The translations under genes and the position numbers were made by a program. 64,000 bases of DNA. Source: an uncultured Clostridium sp. GTDB taxonomy: Bacteria; Bacillota; Clostridia; TANB77; CAG-508. A model generated the notes under the pieces. It was not told where the DNA came from. It searched no databases and saw nothing but the letters and a program-made list of their open reading frames with translations. Position 1 is the first letter of the stretch. Each line of letters begins with the position of its first letter. Below, in pieces: positions 29,722 to 42,193 of the stretch. Where the stretch lies: contig URYN01000009.1 in the NCBI GenBank assembly GCA_900552135.1, positions 3,168-67,167 of the forward strand, read 5' to 3'.

Positions 29722-30744
29722 TTATTTTATGAACATTGCATCTCCAAAAGAAAAGAATTTATACTTTTCTTTTACAGCTTCATTATACGCATTTAGTATG
29801 TTTTCTCTTCCTGCAAGAGCAGAAACAAGCATTAAAAGAGTTGACTCTGGTAAGTGGAAATTGGTGATTAGTGCATCCAGGCATTTAAATTTGTAACCTG
29901 GATAAATGTAGATTCCTGTATCACCCTCACAAGCTTTAACGAGACCTTTCTCGTCTGCGATTGTTTCAATGGTTCTACATGAAGTTGTTCCTACTGCTAT
30001 AACTCTATGTCCCGATAGTTTTGCTTTATTTATCTTATCTGCATCTTCTTGTTTTATGTAATAATGTTCAGTATGCATTTGATGGTCTTCTATATTCTTT
30101 TCTTTTACTGGTCTAAAAGTTCCTATTCCAACATGCAATGTTACATTTGCAATGCTTATTCCTTTTTCTTCGATTTTTTTTAATAATTCATCGGTAAAAT
30201 GTAATCCTGCCGTTGGCGCAGCAGCTGAACCTTCATATTTTGCATATACAGTCTGGTATCTATCATTATCCTTTAAACTTTCATGTATATATGGTGGTAA
30301 AGGCATAAGTCCTATTTTATCTAGAATTTCATTAAAGATTCCATCATATTCAAATTTTACTTTTCTTGTTCCGTCTTGCAATGTTTCTAATATTTCAGCC
30401 CTTAATAATCCATCGCCAAATATAACTTTTGCACCAGAATGTAACTTGTTTCCTGGTCTAACCATCGCCTCCCAGATGTCACCTTCTAGATTTTTTAGTA
30501 GAACAAATTCAACATTTGCTCCAGTTTCTTTCTTTCCATAAAGTCTAGCTGGGATAACCTTTGTGTTGTTTCTAACTAAACAATCTCCAGGTTGTAAATA
30601 GTCTATTATGTCTCTGAATATCTTGTGTTCAATCTCGCCAGTATTTTTATCCAATACCATCAATCTTGATTCATCTCTTTTTTCAATTGGTGTTTGTGCT
30701 ATTAACTCTTCTGGTAAGTAGTAATTGAAATCTGATAATTCCAT
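29722..30744 (-). CDS. queA: S-adenosylmethionine:tRNA ribosyltransferase-isomerase
   Basis: [31 protein letters not shown] is the canonical QueA N-terminus. Confidence 0.9.
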   Translation of the reverse strand: MELSDFNYYLPEELIAQTPIEKRDESRLMVLDKNTGEIEHKIFRDIIDYLQPGDCLVRNNTKVIPARLYGKKETGANVEFVLLKNLEGDIWEAMVRPGNKLHSGAKVIFGDGLLRAEILETLQDGTRKVKFEYDGIFNEILDKIGLMPLPPYIHESLKDNDRYQTVYAKYEGSAAAPTAGLHFTDELLKKIEEKGISIANVTLHVGIGTFRPVKEKNIEDHQMHTEHYYIKQEDADKINKAKLSGHRVIAVGTTSCRTIETIADEKGLVKACEGDTGIYIYPGYKFKCLDALITNFHLPESTLLMLVSALAGRENILNAYNEAVKEKYKFFSFGDAMFIK

Positions 30745-30760
30745 TTTTAGCTTTTCCTTT

Positions 30761-32149
30761 CTATGATTCAACATTTAAATTTTGTTGTATTTTCTGCATT
30801 TCTTGTGCTTTAAATACTTCTTTGATTTTATAAATTATGCTCTCAATCTTTTTAGAAATACTCCTTGGTTCATCAAGCTTGTCTAACTTGTATGCATACT
30901 CAAAATCACTATTCTGAGCTGGTCTTAAACTATATACTTCAGATGGCAAGCCAATATATTTTCCATTGCTAATTATATTTTCGTTCATATAATCATAATA
31001 CCATTTTCTTAGTCCATCTTTTTTATCTTCCTTATAACCATATTTTTCATAGTCATGTAAAGCTGGAATTGTATATCCATATGCCTTTGCATCACGCTCT
31101 AATGTGTGTAGGAATTCATGTAAAAATACCTCTTCAGGGAATGTATTGTTAGTTGAATAAGCATAATCATTTTTTGTTATTCTTATATTTGAAAATCCTT
31201 TTCCTAGGTACATCATATTTCCTAGTCCAACCCATTCCTTTACATTATCGTTGTTGGTAATTTCACTCTCCAAAGGTAGGTCTGTACATACAAATATATG
31301 GTTATAGTCATTATTTTTCACATAGTCATTTATAAGTTTATACACATCTTTTTCACTTATATAGTATCCATTGTCATCTTCATAAGTAAGTGTTGTGAGA
31401 GGTTGTTCTATTTCAATAATATCATAATTTATATTAATTTTATTTTGAGACATTTCTTTTATTGTGTTTTGAAATTTTGGCATATCTTGGTAGATGTAGC
31501 CTTTACTCTGATTAGTCATGGTCTGTTTTATGTTTCTTCCATCATTTAAAATTACATCTGTATTATTCAAAATAAAACAACCGAATTTCCATTCATTTTG
31601 ATTACCTGTTGAACCTTTTTCTATGTTCAAGTTTGAAAACCACGCATCTCCACTTGCATTTAAAAGATTTCCTCCTAGTCTAAAACCTATTTCAACATTT
31701 TCATTATTTTTAGAATTAAATAAAAATTCAACTTTTGTCCAATCGTTGTTTCCTGTTAAAACATCCGAATGTTCTTCTGTTCCAACTAGACAAATCTGTG
31801 CACCAGCCATGATATTGTTGTCTTTATTTGTGACATTTTGAGTCTTTATCATGCAAGTTACTCTATATGGAGTATTTGGAGTTACAGATATAGATTTATA
31901 AAACATTGCATCATTTGATTCTCTGTTTTCTATCTTGTAACTTCTCTCTTTTCCATACTTTATATCTGCATCTCTTGAAAACGTTGTTTTATCTCTTTCC
32001 TGTATTCCCTTTGCATAGAAATTAAAATCGTATTTTCTATATATAACAATAGCTATAATAATTATTACTATCGCAAAAATATTTGAAATTGTATTTCTAG
32101 TTTTTCTTCCTCTATTGCTATTCTGTTCTACATTATAATATTCATCCAT
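30761..32149 (-). CDS. Membrane-anchored protein with beta-sandwich region and C-terminal HExxH (putative zincin-like peptidase)
   Basis: 462 aa. N-terminal TM. HEFLHTL motif near residue 340. No confident family assignment. Confidence 0.4.
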   Translation of the reverse strand: MDEYYNVEQNSNRGRKTRNTISNIFAIVIIIIAIVIYRKYDFNFYAKGIQERDKTTFSRDADIKYGKERSYKIENRESNDAMFYKSISVTPNTPYRVTCMIKTQNVTNKDNNIMAGAQICLVGTEEHSDVLTGNNDWTKVEFLFNSKNNENVEIGFRLGGNLLNASGDAWFSNLNIEKGSTGNQNEWKFGCFILNNTDVILNDGRNIKQTMTNQSKGYIYQDMPKFQNTIKEMSQNKININYDIIEIEQPLTTLTYEDDNGYYISEKDVYKLINDYVKNNDYNHIFVCTDLPLESEITNNDNVKEWVGLGNMMYLGKGFSNIRITKNDYAYSTNNTFPEEVFLHEFLHTLERDAKAYGYTIPALHDYEKYGYKEDKKDGLRKWYYDYMNENIISNGKYIGLPSEVYSLRPAQNSDFEYAYKLDKLDEPRSISKKIESIIYKIKEVFKAQEMQKIQQNLNVES

Positions 32150-32204
32150 AGTTTTATTCCCTTTATCTTCTTATCTTCACATTGTTGTATGTTTAATTAT
32201 GTTA

Positions 32205-33518
32205 TTACGCAGTTCCAGTTTTCTTAGAAGTTGCTGTTCTTTGTGGTTTTGACTTTTTTGGAGCTTCTCTATTATTGTTTATTATAATCTTAGGAGCCTC
32301 TCCATTTTCTATTGTGTTTTTTGTAATTATACATTTTTCTATCTTAGGATTTGATGGGATTTCAAACATTATGTCTCTCATCACATCTTCTAAGATTGCT
32401 CTAAGTCCTCTTGCACCAGTTTTTCTTTCGATAGCTTTATCGACAATAGCACCTATTGCATCTTGTTCAAATTCTAATTCTACTTTGTCATACTTGAATA
32501 ATTTCTTATATTGTTTTATCAAAGAGTTCTTTGGTTCTACCAAAATCTTCATTAATGCTTCTCTATCTAATTCCCTTAATGTTGTAATTATTGGTAATCT
32601 TCCAACAAATTCAGGAATCAAACCAAATTTCAATAAGTCCTGTGGTAACAATTTATCAAATACTTCATATTTGTCAAATTGTGTATTGCTAGAAATAGTT
32701 GCTCCAAATCCAATAGTCTTCTTTTCAACTCTTTCTTTTATAATTTTTTCAAGACCATCAAAAGCTCCACCACATATAAATAGAATATTTTGAGTATTTA
32801 TCTGAATAAATTCTTGATGAGGATGTTTTCTGCCTCCTTGAGGTGGAACAGATGCAACTGTTCCTTCGATTATTTTTAACAAAGCTTGTTGTACTCCCTC
32901 ACCGCTTACATCTCTTGTTATAGATGGATTTTCAGATTTCCTAGAAATCTTATCTATTTCATCAATATATATAATTCCTTTTTGAGCTTTTTCAACATCA
33001 TAATCTGCAGCCTGAATTAGTTTTAAAAGAATATTTTCAACATCTTCACCAACGTAACCAGCTTCTGTTAATGTTGTTGCATCAGCAATTGCAAATGGAA
33101 CTTTTAAAATTCTAGCAAGAGTTTGAGCAAGAAGAGTTTTTCCACAACCCGTTGGTCCTAATAAAAGAATATTACTTTTTTGTATTTCTACATCATCTTT
33201 GTCTTTTTCAGTTTCACTGTTAATTCTTTTATAGTGATTATACACCGCAACTGATAATGCCTTTTTGGCTTCGTCCTGTCCAATTACATATTCATCTAAT
33301 ATGCTCTTTATTTCTTCAGGTTTTGGAAGATCTGTGTCAATTTCCTTTTCATAACTAAGTTCACTGTCTTCGTACAAATCATTTTCAATTATATTTGTAC
33401 AAACTTTTATACATTCGTCACATATATAAACTCCTGGACCTGCAATTATTCTTTCAACTTCATCTTGAGGTTTTCCGCAAAAAGAACATCTAATATCTTT
33501 TTTTTCTAGTTTTGCCAT
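32205..33518 (-). CDS. clpX: ATP-dependent Clp protease ATP-binding subunit ClpX
   Basis: N-terminal C4 zinc finger (CSFCGK...CDEC). Walker A GPTGCGKT. Typical length. Confidence 0.9.
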   Translation of the reverse strand: MAKLEKKDIRCSFCGKPQDEVERIIAGPGVYICDECIKVCTNIIENDLYEDSELSYEKEIDTDLPKPEEIKSILDEYVIGQDEAKKALSVAVYNHYKRINSETEKDKDDVEIQKSNILLLGPTGCGKTLLAQTLARILKVPFAIADATTLTEAGYVGEDVENILLKLIQAADYDVEKAQKGIIYIDEIDKISRKSENPSITRDVSGEGVQQALLKIIEGTVASVPPQGGRKHPHQEFIQINTQNILFICGGAFDGLEKIIKERVEKKTIGFGATISSNTQFDKYEVFDKLLPQDLLKFGLIPEFVGRLPIITTLRELDREALMKILVEPKNSLIKQYKKLFKYDKVELEFEQDAIGAIVDKAIERKTGARGLRAILEDVMRDIMFEIPSNPKIEKCIITKNTIENGEAPKIIINNNREAPKKSKPQRTATSKKTGTA

Positions 33519-33551
33519 ACATTAACTCCTTCTCATCTATATTTCTTCTGT

Positions 33552-34157
33552 TTATTTTCTCTTTTCCATAATTCCATCTATTAAGCCATATTCTAATGCT
33601 TGTTGTGCAGTCATATAGTTATCTCTTTCTGTATCTCTGTTTATTACTTCGATTGGTTGGCCTGTTCTATCGCTTAATATCTTGTTTAATTTTTCTCTTG
33701 TCTTTACCATGTGATCTGCATGTATTTTTATTTCTGTTGTTTGACCTGAAAGTCCGCCTCCACCGATTAGTGGTTGATGTATTAATATTTCTGAATTAGG
33801 AGTTGCAAATCTCTTTCCTTTTTCTCCAGAAGCAAGTAACACAGAACCCATGCTTGCAGCCATACCAACACATATTGTTGAAACTGGACATTTTATATAA
33901 TTCATTGTGTCTACTATTGCCATTCCATCTGTAATTGAACCACCTGGTGTGTTTATATACAAATCTATTTCCTTATCAGGATCTTCTGATTCCAAGAATA
34001 ATAATTGAGCTACAACAAGTCCTGCTGATGTTGCATTAACTTCTTCTCCCAAAAATATTATTCTATCTTTTAATAATCTTGAGAATATATCATAAGATCT
34101 TTCTCCTCTAGCTGATTGTTCTATAACATAAGGTACTAAACTGTCTCTTTCTAACAT
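33552..34157 (-). CDS. clpP: ATP-dependent Clp protease proteolytic subunit
   Basis: [30 protein letters not shown]. Ser-His-Asp triad context (GMAASMGS). Confidence 0.9.
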   Translation of the reverse strand: MLERDSLVPYVIEQSARGERSYDIFSRLLKDRIIFLGEEVNATSAGLVVAQLLFLESEDPDKEIDLYINTPGGSITDGMAIVDTMNYIKCPVSTICVGMAASMGSVLLASGEKGKRFATPNSEILIHQPLIGGGGLSGQTTEIKIHADHMVKTREKLNKILSDRTGQPIEVINRDTERDNYMTAQQALEYGLIDGIMEKRK

Positions 34158-34407
34158 AATTAAATTCCTCCATTTTTTATTTATCAATTTAATTTGATAT
34201 TATTAATTTTATATATCGGCTTTTATTTATACTATATTAATCTCCGATTATAATCTATATAGGTATAAAATTTTATATAAATATAAATAGTTAGTGAGCA
34301 TAAAAGTATTTATATATTATATAAATAATCCCCCCTAACTATTTTAATAGATATATATTTTTATTTATTCTGCTAATTTTGGCTTTTCAATTAAATAATA
34401 ACTTCTT

Positions 34408-35691
34408 TTATTTTATTTTTGCATTTTTTATTATTAATTCTATAGCTTTTTCTGTTTTTATAGTATTAGCAATATATTCTTTTAAAGCTTCATTTTTGCT
34501 TAGCTCTTCTTCTTTTCTGCCATAGTTTGTTGCCATTTCTTTTATTTTAGCATTTATTTCTTCGTCTGTTGATTCTATTTTTTCTTCTTTTATTATTGCC
34601 TCAAGTATTAATCTTGATTTTACATTTTTTTCTGCTTGCTCTTTGTAGTTTTCTTCAATTTCTTTTCTAGTCTTATTCATTATTTTTAAGTATTGGTCAA
34701 GGTTGATTCCTTGGTATGATAGTTGTTGTTCTAAGTCTCTAATCATTGCATCTATTTCTGTTTCTATCATTCCAGATGGAATATCAATTTTTGTTTCATT
34801 TGATACAGCTTCAATAGCTAAATTTTCTGTTTCATGCTTTGCTTTGTCATCATTTTGAGCTTGTTTCTTTTCTTTTATACTTGTTTTGTAATCTTTTAAT
34901 GTATCAAATTCAGAAACATCTTTTGCAAATTCATCATCTAAAGCTGGTAATTGTTTTTCTTTGATTTCATGTAATTTTACTTTGAATGTAGCATCTTTTC
35001 CAGCTAAATCCTTTGAGAAGTAATCCTCTGGGAATTTAACGTTTATATCTTTTTCTTCTCCTACTTTCATTCCTATTACTTGATCTTCAAATCCAGGTAT
35101 GAATGTTTTGCTTCCAATTTCTAGTTCATGCTTTTCTGCTTTTCCACCTTCAAAAGCTTTTCCATCTACGAATCCTTGGAAATCTATTACTGCAATGTCT
35201 TTATCTTGTACTGGTCTATCTTCAACTGTTATTATTCTTGCATTATGTTCTTGAACGTGTGCTAATTCATGTTCAACATCTTCGTCTGTTACAGGGTATT
35301 CTACTTTTTTAAGTTCTATTCCCTTATATTTTCCTAATTTAACTTCTGGTTTTGTTTGAACTAATGCTGTAAATACTAAATCTTCACCTTTTTTCATTTT
35401 TACGATATTTATTTCAGGCTTACTAACAGCTTCTATTTTATTATCTTCAATTTCTTTCTCATATATTGATGGAACTAATTCATTAAATGCATCTTCATAG
35501 AATATTTCATCTCCATACATTCTTTCTACTATATTGAATGGAGCTTTTCCTTTTCTAAATCCTGGTATATTAAAATATCTTGCACTTTTTTGGTATACTT
35601 TCATTATTGCTTCATCAAACTTTTTTGCTTCGATTGTAAATTCTAATTTTACCTCATTTTTATTTTCTGTTTTTTCTATTTTTGTACTCAT
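34408..35691 (-). CDS. tig: Trigger factor
   Basis: 427 aa. N-terminal ribosome-binding GFRKGKAP motif. PPIase middle domain. Confidence 0.9.
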   Translation of the reverse strand: MSTKIEKTENKNEVKLEFTIEAKKFDEAIMKVYQKSARYFNIPGFRKGKAPFNIVERMYGDEIFYEDAFNELVPSIYEKEIEDNKIEAVSKPEINIVKMKKGEDLVFTALVQTKPEVKLGKYKGIELKKVEYPVTDEDVEHELAHVQEHNARIITVEDRPVQDKDIAVIDFQGFVDGKAFEGGKAEKHELEIGSKTFIPGFEDQVIGMKVGEEKDINVKFPEDYFSKDLAGKDATFKVKLHEIKEKQLPALDDEFAKDVSEFDTLKDYKTSIKEKKQAQNDDKAKHETENLAIEAVSNETKIDIPSGMIETEIDAMIRDLEQQLSYQGINLDQYLKIMNKTRKEIEENYKEQAEKNVKSRLILEAIIKEEKIESTDEEINAKIKEMATNYGRKEEELSKNEALKEYIANTIKTEKAIELIIKNAKIK

Positions 35692-35795
35692 TTAATTCAA
35701 ATCCTTTCTTGTTTTATAAATGCTAGTCTATTATACCACAAATTCCACATATTGCAAGCTTTTTTTGAATTTGCAGTGTGTTTTTTATCATATTT

Positions 35796-36494
35796 TTAAA
35801 TTTTTATCAAAGTGAATTTTGTATAATCACAACTTGTCATTATGTACTCCACTCCATTGTGAATTCCTTCTATTGCATTTGCATGTGCTTTACCATGCAA
35901 ATGTCCATATATGCATTTTTTTACATTGTACTTTTCAAGTATATCTGTAAATTCATTTCTATTGTTTTCAGTAGTAATTGGTGGATAATGCATACATACA
36001 ATTATTTCCTTTGAATTATTCTCGTCTTGAAAATTCTCTATTCCATCTCTTATTGATAATTCTAGTCTTGTAGCTTCCCTTTTTACTATTTTCTTATCTT
36101 TTTCTTCCTCTGATAATATGTTCCAACCTCTTGTACCAGCTATAATTTTGTTTTCAAAATAATAACTGTTGTTATATAAAAAGTCTATGTTTTCTAGATT
36201 GTTTTTTTGTAAAAATTCTCTCATGCTTTTAAGCGTAGTCCACCAAAAATCATGATTACCTTTTAGTAGTAATTTTTTTCCTGGTAATTCAGCAATAAAA
36301 TTAAAGTCTTTATATGTATTCTCAAGTTTCATCTCCCATGAAAAATCACCTGGCAATAAAACTAAGTCTTCTTCTTTAACTTTCTTTATCCAGTCTTCTT
36401 TTATTTTATTTTCATAATCATCCCAACCAAATATATTCATTTGCTTGTTTGTGTTAAATGATAGATGTAAATCTGAAATTGCATATATTGACAT
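35796..36494 (-). CDS. Calcineurin-like metallophosphoesterase
   Basis: MSIYAISDLHLSF...GNHDFWW...GHLH motifs. Confidence 0.65.
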   Translation of the reverse strand: MSIYAISDLHLSFNTNKQMNIFGWDDYENKIKEDWIKKVKEEDLVLLPGDFSWEMKLENTYKDFNFIAELPGKKLLLKGNHDFWWTTLKSMREFLQKNNLENIDFLYNNSYYFENKIIAGTRGWNILSEEEKDKKIVKREATRLELSIRDGIENFQDENNSKEIIVCMHYPPITTENNRNEFTDILEKYNVKKCIYGHLHGKAHANAIEGIHNGVEYIMTSCDYTKFTLIKI

Positions 36495-36499
36495 TGTCT

Positions 36500-37498
36500 T
36501 TATTCACCTCCAAGAGTCAAGTTTGGTATTGCATTTAGGTCAAGAAAGCTTCTCTTACCTGCCATAAATTCATAGTATCCTGCTGAAGCAATCATAGCTC
36601 CATTATCAGTACAAAGTTTTAATTCTGGATAGTAAATTTGTATGTTTTCACTCTTTGCGAAAATATCAAATTTATTTCTTATGTATGTATTAGCAGAAAC
36701 TCCTCCTGCAAGTACTATTTTCTTTATTTCTGTTTCTTCAACAGCCTTTTTAATATTCGATACAAGCATTTCAGATACCGTTTCTTCAAAGCTTGCAGCC
36801 AGGTTTGCTTTATTCACATCGGGTTCTTTATGATGCAAATTTATGACTGCTGTTTTTATTCCACTAAAGCTAAAATCTAACACTTCAGTATGTGTTTTTG
36901 GTAATTTTATATTTGGTTCTCCTTCTTGAGCCAGTTTATCTATTTTAGGTCCTCCTGGATAACCAAGTCCTATTACTCTTGCAACTTTATCAAAAGCTTC
37001 TCCTACAGCGTCATCTTTGGTCTTTCCAAGCACTTCAAAAGTTGTATAATCTTTTACATGTATTATTTGAGTATTTCCTCCAGACATCATCATACATAAA
37101 AATGGTGGTTTTAACTCTGGGTGTGTTATGTAGTTAGCTGCTATATGTCCTTTTATATGGTTCACACCTACTAAAGGTTTATTTATTGCATAGCTTAAAG
37201 CTTTCGCATAAGACACTCCTACTAATAGTGCTCCAACTAATCCTGGTCCATAAGTACATGCGATTGCATCTATATCTTCAAGTTTTATTCCCGCTTCTTT
37301 TATTGCAAGTTTCATTACATTTGAGATTGCTTCTACATGATTTCTTGATGCAATTTCTGGCACAACCCCTCCAAATTTTTCATGAATACTTATTTGTGTA
37401 TCTATCACATTTGATAGAACTTCTCTCCCATTTTTTACAACAGATATAGATGTTTCATCACAACTTGATTCTATTCCCATTATATAAATATCTTTCAT
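36500..37498 (-). CDS. tsaD: tRNA N6-adenosine threonylcarbamoyltransferase TsaD
   Basis: [14 protein letters not shown] and HxxGH metal site ([10 protein letters not shown]). Kae1/TsaD family. Confidence 0.9.
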   Translation of the reverse strand: MKDIYIMGIESSCDETSISVVKNGREVLSNVIDTQISIHEKFGGVVPEIASRNHVEAISNVMKLAIKEAGIKLEDIDAIACTYGPGLVGALLVGVSYAKALSYAINKPLVGVNHIKGHIAANYITHPELKPPFLCMMMSGGNTQIIHVKDYTTFEVLGKTKDDAVGEAFDKVARVIGLGYPGGPKIDKLAQEGEPNIKLPKTHTEVLDFSFSGIKTAVINLHHKEPDVNKANLAASFEETVSEMLVSNIKKAVEETEIKKIVLAGGVSANTYIRNKFDIFAKSENIQIYYPELKLCTDNGAMIASAGYYEFMAGKRSFLDLNAIPNLTLGGE

Positions 37499-37517
37499 TT
37501 TTCTACCTTCTACTTCT

Positions 37518-38252
37518 TTAAAATAATCCGAATATTGCTGAAACTAGTAAATATATTCCTTTAGATACCACAGATATTACTGGTGAAATTATATAGCTTA
37601 CTAAATTTGTAACCCATAAAACAATAAACACCATGTAAAATATTTGCTTATTCTCTGTAAACCACATTCTTGCTTTGTAAGGCAAAAAGTGTATTAATAT
37701 CTTTGAACCATCTAGTGGTGGTAAAGGAACTAAATTGAATACCCCTAGTCCGATATTTACGCTAATTGCCATTTGAATTGCTATTACAACTAGCGAGCCT
37801 GCTGTAGTTAAGCAAAATGCCGGAGCAAATGTTACTACCGCAAATAAAATTATTGTTAATATAATTGCAACAATAATATTCATTAATGGTCCCGCAAAAG
37901 CAACGATTGCTTCTTGTGCAGTCATAGATCTTTTTCTGTTAAAATTTGTCGGATTAATTTCTACAGGTTTTCCCCATCCAAAGTGTACAAATACAAGCAT
38001 TAGAAATCCTACTGGATCAATATGTGCAAGTGGATTTAGAGTAAGTCTTCCTTGTCTTCTTGGAGTATCATCTCCCAATTTATCTGCTGCAAAAGCATGT
38101 GCAAATTCATGGAATGTTATTGCTATAATTACTCCTGGCAAAGTTAATAATAATGCCACAAGCTCTTCAGGATTTTGTGCATATCCAGCAATTGTCGTAA
38201 TCGCAAATATTCCTATAATTACATATAGAATTCTTTTATCAAAATTAAACAT
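37518..38252 (-). CDS. Site-2 protease (M50) family membrane metalloprotease
   Basis: Intramembrane HEFAHAF HExxH plus downstream LDG motif. Polytopic. Confidence 0.7.
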   Translation of the reverse strand: MFNFDKRILYVIIGIFAITTIAGYAQNPEELVALLLTLPGVIIAITFHEFAHAFAADKLGDDTPRRQGRLTLNPLAHIDPVGFLMLVFVHFGWGKPVEINPTNFNRKRSMTAQEAIVAFAGPLMNIIVAIILTIILFAVVTFAPAFCLTTAGSLVVIAIQMAISVNIGLGVFNLVPLPPLDGSKILIHFLPYKARMWFTENKQIFYMVFIVLWVTNLVSYIISPVISVVSKGIYLLVSAIFGLF

Positions 38253-38330
38253 TTAATCACCTCTTAATGTTCAATATTATATAATATATTTCTAAATATG
38301 TAAATATTTTTGACAGAAGATACCTTTACT

Positions 38331-39956
38331 CTATGCACATTTATTTCTTAATTCTCTTGCATGAGACATTGCAATTTCAGTTACTTCCCCTGATGAAATT
38401 CTAGCTATTTCTTTTAATGTTTCTTCTTCATTAAGCAGTTTTATTTTTGTGTTAGTCTTTTCATTTTTTACTTCTTTATAGATGTAATAATTATATTCTC
38501 CTTTTGCAGCAATTGGTGCCAAATGTGTTACGATTAATACTTGATGACTTTGTGCTATTCTTTTTAGTTTTATGCCAACAGAATTTGCTGCTTTTCCACT
38601 TATACCTGTATCAATTTCGTCAAATATTAGGACTGGTACTTCATCAATATCTGAAAGAACTGTTTTTATTGCAAGCATTATTCTAGACATTTCTCCTCCT
38701 GATGCAATTTTATCCAGTTTCTTTGCTTCTTCTCCTAGATTTGTTGCTATCATAAATTCTGTATGGCTCTTTCCATTCATTGAAAATTCCTCATCTTCTA
38801 TAACACTTGCCATAAATCTTGCATTTTTCATTTCTAGTTCTTTTAGCTCATTATTTATTTTTTCATTAAGTATAATTGATTTTTCTTTTCTTTCTTTTGT
38901 AATCTTTTCACAAATTTCATTCATTTCTTGTGTAAGATTTTGAATTTTTTCTTTTGTCTTTTGATTTTCTTCATCAAGATTTTCTATTCTATTAATTTCA
39001 CTTTCAAGTTCATCTTGGTATTTCAATATTTCTTCTATTGTGTTTCCATATTTTCTTTTTAATGAATATATTTCATCCAATCTTTCTTCGACTTGGTTTC
39101 TTTCATTTTCGTCAAAATATGTGTCTTCATTCATACTACATACGTCTCTAGAAAGCTCTTGTACTTCATAATAAATGTTTTTCAATTCACTTAATTTTTG
39201 ACTATATCTTTCATCTACATTTTCTATTTTTTCAAAGGCCCTTATTGATTCATTTACAACGTCTATAACCGTCCCTTCTAGGTTTGAACTAACTAAATTT
39301 AGAGCTTCTGCAACTTTTTCAGAATTCATCATTATTTTTCTTTTTTCTTCTAGCTGTTCATCCTCTCCATTTTTCAACTTTGCCCCTTTTATTTCTTTGT
39401 ATTGATATTTTAGAAGGTCTAATTTTCTTCTTTTCTCCATGTCATCACCATAATTATTTTTTAGCATGGCATTCAGTTTTTTATATTCATTATAAAGGTC
39501 TTGATACTCCTTCAATTTATTAGACATGGTTATCCCTATAAATTTATCTAAATATTTTGTATGAAATTCAGAATCCATAAGTGTTTGATTATCATATTGA
39601 CCGTGTATGTCTATTATGTTTTTCATAAAATTTCTAAGTTCAGTTACAGTTACAAGTCTTCCATTGATTTTGCATAAATTTTTTCCCGAGGTATTTATTT
39701 CTCTTGAAACTATTACATTTCCATCAATTGTGTTTTCATAATTAGGCAAGTTTAGAGAAAGTTCTACAAATGATACGTTTTGTCCCCTTCTAATCATATC
39801 TTTAGAGAATCTTCCCCCTGCAATAATTCCCAAAGAATCAACTATTAATGTTTTTCCGGCACCTGTCTCTCCAGTTAAGACGTTTAAGCCTTTGTTTAAA
39901 TCTATTGTTAAATCATCAATTATTCCAATATTTTTTATATGAAGTGATGTAATCAT
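38331..39956 (-). CDS. recN: DNA repair protein RecN
   Basis: N-terminal Walker A GETGAGKT. Long coiled-coil. C-terminal ABC signature and Walker B (LIFDEIDTGISG). Confidence 0.9.
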   Translation of the reverse strand: MITSLHIKNIGIIDDLTIDLNKGLNVLTGETGAGKTLIVDSLGIIAGGRFSKDMIRRGQNVSFVELSLNLPNYENTIDGNVIVSREINTSGKNLCKINGRLVTVTELRNFMKNIIDIHGQYDNQTLMDSEFHTKYLDKFIGITMSNKLKEYQDLYNEYKKLNAMLKNNYGDDMEKRRKLDLLKYQYKEIKGAKLKNGEDEQLEEKRKIMMNSEKVAEALNLVSSNLEGTVIDVVNESIRAFEKIENVDERYSQKLSELKNIYYEVQELSRDVCSMNEDTYFDENERNQVEERLDEIYSLKRKYGNTIEEILKYQDELESEINRIENLDEENQKTKEKIQNLTQEMNEICEKITKERKEKSIILNEKINNELKELEMKNARFMASVIEDEEFSMNGKSHTEFMIATNLGEEAKKLDKIASGGEMSRIMLAIKTVLSDIDEVPVLIFDEIDTGISGKAANSVGIKLKRIAQSHQVLIVTHLAPIAAKGEYNYYIYKEVKNEKTNTKIKLLNEEETLKEIARISSGEVTEIAMSHARELRNKCA

Positions 39957-40065
39957 TTTTTACCTCCTAACGCAACGTAATCGCAAATCTTTGTTCGTTA
40001 ATATAATACTCTTATTTTTTTGTCTTGTCAATACTTTTTACAAATTTTTGTTCGTTAAGTTTTCG

Positions 40066-40100
40066 ACAAAAAAAGAGGACACCCTATTGGTGGCGTCCTC
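40066..40100 (-). terminator. Intrinsic terminator of the flotillin gene (GAGGACGCC...GGTGTCCTC + T7 on the minus strand)
   Basis: Hairpin 40075-40100 with an A-run 40068-40074 on plus (T-run on minus). Confidence 0.55.
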
Positions 40101-40298
40101 CAAAAAGCTTTGTTTGTGATTTGTAATTTGGCTGATATGAAGAGTTTTATTAACTTAAAGTTTTACTTCATTTTATACTTCAAGCGTTCACATTCAATTC
40201 TTCTAATTTCGGTGTTTGTATTCCTGATTTTTTTCGCATCAGGTCCTTCCTTGTGTCCTTTGCAACTTATATTGTGAGCAAAAACCTTCCTTGCAAAA

Positions 40299-42030
40299 TC
40301 AATCTGTTTCTTTCGCATTACAATCACCTTTTGCTGTTTCTACATCTTCAGAAGTAGGCTCGCTGGCCTCTCCCTCTGCATCGGCAGAATTCAACTCGCT
40401 GGTCGTTTCCTCTTCCTTGCCAGAATCCGACTTGCTTCCTTTTTTCAGGTTGCCCAAGCCGGCCAGTGTCGCATCGGAAAGTTCCCTGATCTCATCAGTA
40501 ATAGGCTTACCGTTGAGAGCCTGGTTCTGGACGTTGACGCTCTTCATGAGCATTGGAATCTGGCTGAGGGTATCCAGCAAAATGTTTCCAGTTTTGCTGG
40601 CACCACTTCCCATAAGGGTACTCTCTCCGCCAATGTGAACAAACTCAGCATTCTGGCCAACGTTCGCCATGATTTGTGCCGTAGCAGTGGCAATCTTGAT
40701 GTTGGCTTCCGCCTCGATCTTGAGCTTCTCAATCTCGAAGTTCACCTTGCCACTGGAAGCACGTGCATCAGCAATGGCTTTTTCGCCTTCGGCTTCAGCA
40801 AGCTTTTGAGCCTTGATACCTTCAGCTTCAGCCAACTTCTGGGCTTTCAAGCCTTCAGCATCTGCAAGCATTGCTGCTTTCTTGCCTTCGGCTTCAGCCA
40901 CAGCCTTTGCCTTAGCAACTTCTGCACTTGCCAAACCTTCGGTTTTTGCTTTTTGTGCTTCTGCCTCAGCCTGAAGCTTAATCGCTTGAGCGTTGCTCTC
41001 TGCGACCTTAACTTTCGCCTCTGCCTGGGTCTTCTGCACTTCAGCCTCTGCCTCTGCTTCAACGCGTTTTCTCTCTTTTTCGGCTTGTGCACGGGTAATG
41101 ATGACTTCACGCTGTTTTTGAGCAGCCAGATTCTCCTGTTCAGCCTTCATGACTGCAACAGCACCTCTTTGCTCCTCAACTTCACGCATGCGGATAGTCT
41201 TCTGAAGCTCGCCAGCAACATCCGCATTCGCATTTGCGGTTTCAGTTGCAGTTCTAAATTCTGCAAGCTTCATGTCCGTTTCCTTGCGCTTCTCCTTTTC
41301 AGCAAGCTCTGCATCCATTCGAGCAATGCTTGCCTCTTGGCGGGCCCTGGCCTCAGCAATTTCTGCTGCTTTTCCAGCCTCAGCGGTCTTTTCGCGTGTA
41401 ATCTGGTCAACCTCGGCATGCTTAATCTGTGCAGCTTTTGCCTTTTCAGCGGAGTCAAGGGCAGCGATATTGTCGTAATATTGGTTATTATCACAAATAT
41501 CCTGAATATTCAACGACACAAGCTCAAGGCCCATGTTATCCATTTCGTCGGCAACACTTTTTTGAACCATCTGTTTGAACGCTTCCTTGTCCGTAAGGAG
41601 TTGTTCAGGAGTCATAGATGCTACAACATCACGAACAGCACCCATAAGAGTCAATTTAACGTCCGAAATGATACCGTCATTACCACGTTCCTTGAAAGAG
41701 ACAATCGCAGTCCGAAGTTTTTCCTGCTCCGATACGCAAGGGCCGAATCTGGGCAGTCCAATCTGCAACAATGGGCACTGCAGTCGCCGTTTTGATCTCG
41801 TCTTTGTCGGCCGTAACTGTCATCATGCAAAGGTCGAAGTAATCCGCCTTTCGGAAGATGGGAATCACAAAGGCACCTCCCGATACCTTTATGATGGGTT
41901 CCTTTCCGCCGGTGATAATCAGCGCCTTGTCAATGCTTGCAACCTTGTAGATGGACGCAAGAAAGATGAGGGCGACAATCACAGCAATAACAGCAATGAT
42001 GATTCCGATGTTGGCAATAATAAATTCCAT
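40299..42030 (-). pseudogene. Flotillin/SPFH (band-7) family gene disrupted by a +1 frameshift in a T5/A5 homopolymer (41718-41722); GC-rich foreign-looking island
   Basis: ORF 41680..42030 encodes the N-terminal membrane anchor plus SPFH start. ORF 40299..41771 encodes the SPFH remainder, coiled-coil and acidic tail. Removing one A from the A5 run yields a contiguous ...IGAGKLRTAIVSFKERG..., which aligns to B. subtilis FloT IGEIATAAEQFLGKSKD. GC ~50% and GC3-rich codons versus ~28% surroundings. Confidence 0.6.
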
Positions 42031-42193
42031 ACTTAAGTCCTCCCTTAAGTGTACTAAAAGGTTTACAACTTACTTACCACAAATCAGCTTTTTTAAACAA
42101 GTAATAAAACTCAAAAGCTATTATACCACATTTTTACAATTATGTAAAGTTGCAACTTGTAAAAATTTATAGAAAAAATATTTTACATTTCGG

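Noticed and set aside
32275-32793. 172-aa plus-strand ORF
   Set aside because: Antisense to clpX.
40635-41795. 386-aa plus-strand ORF
   Set aside because: Antisense to the flotillin gene within the GC-rich island. Long spurious ORFs are expected in GC-rich DNA. The protein is low-complexity and Cys/Leu/Phe-rich with no motif.
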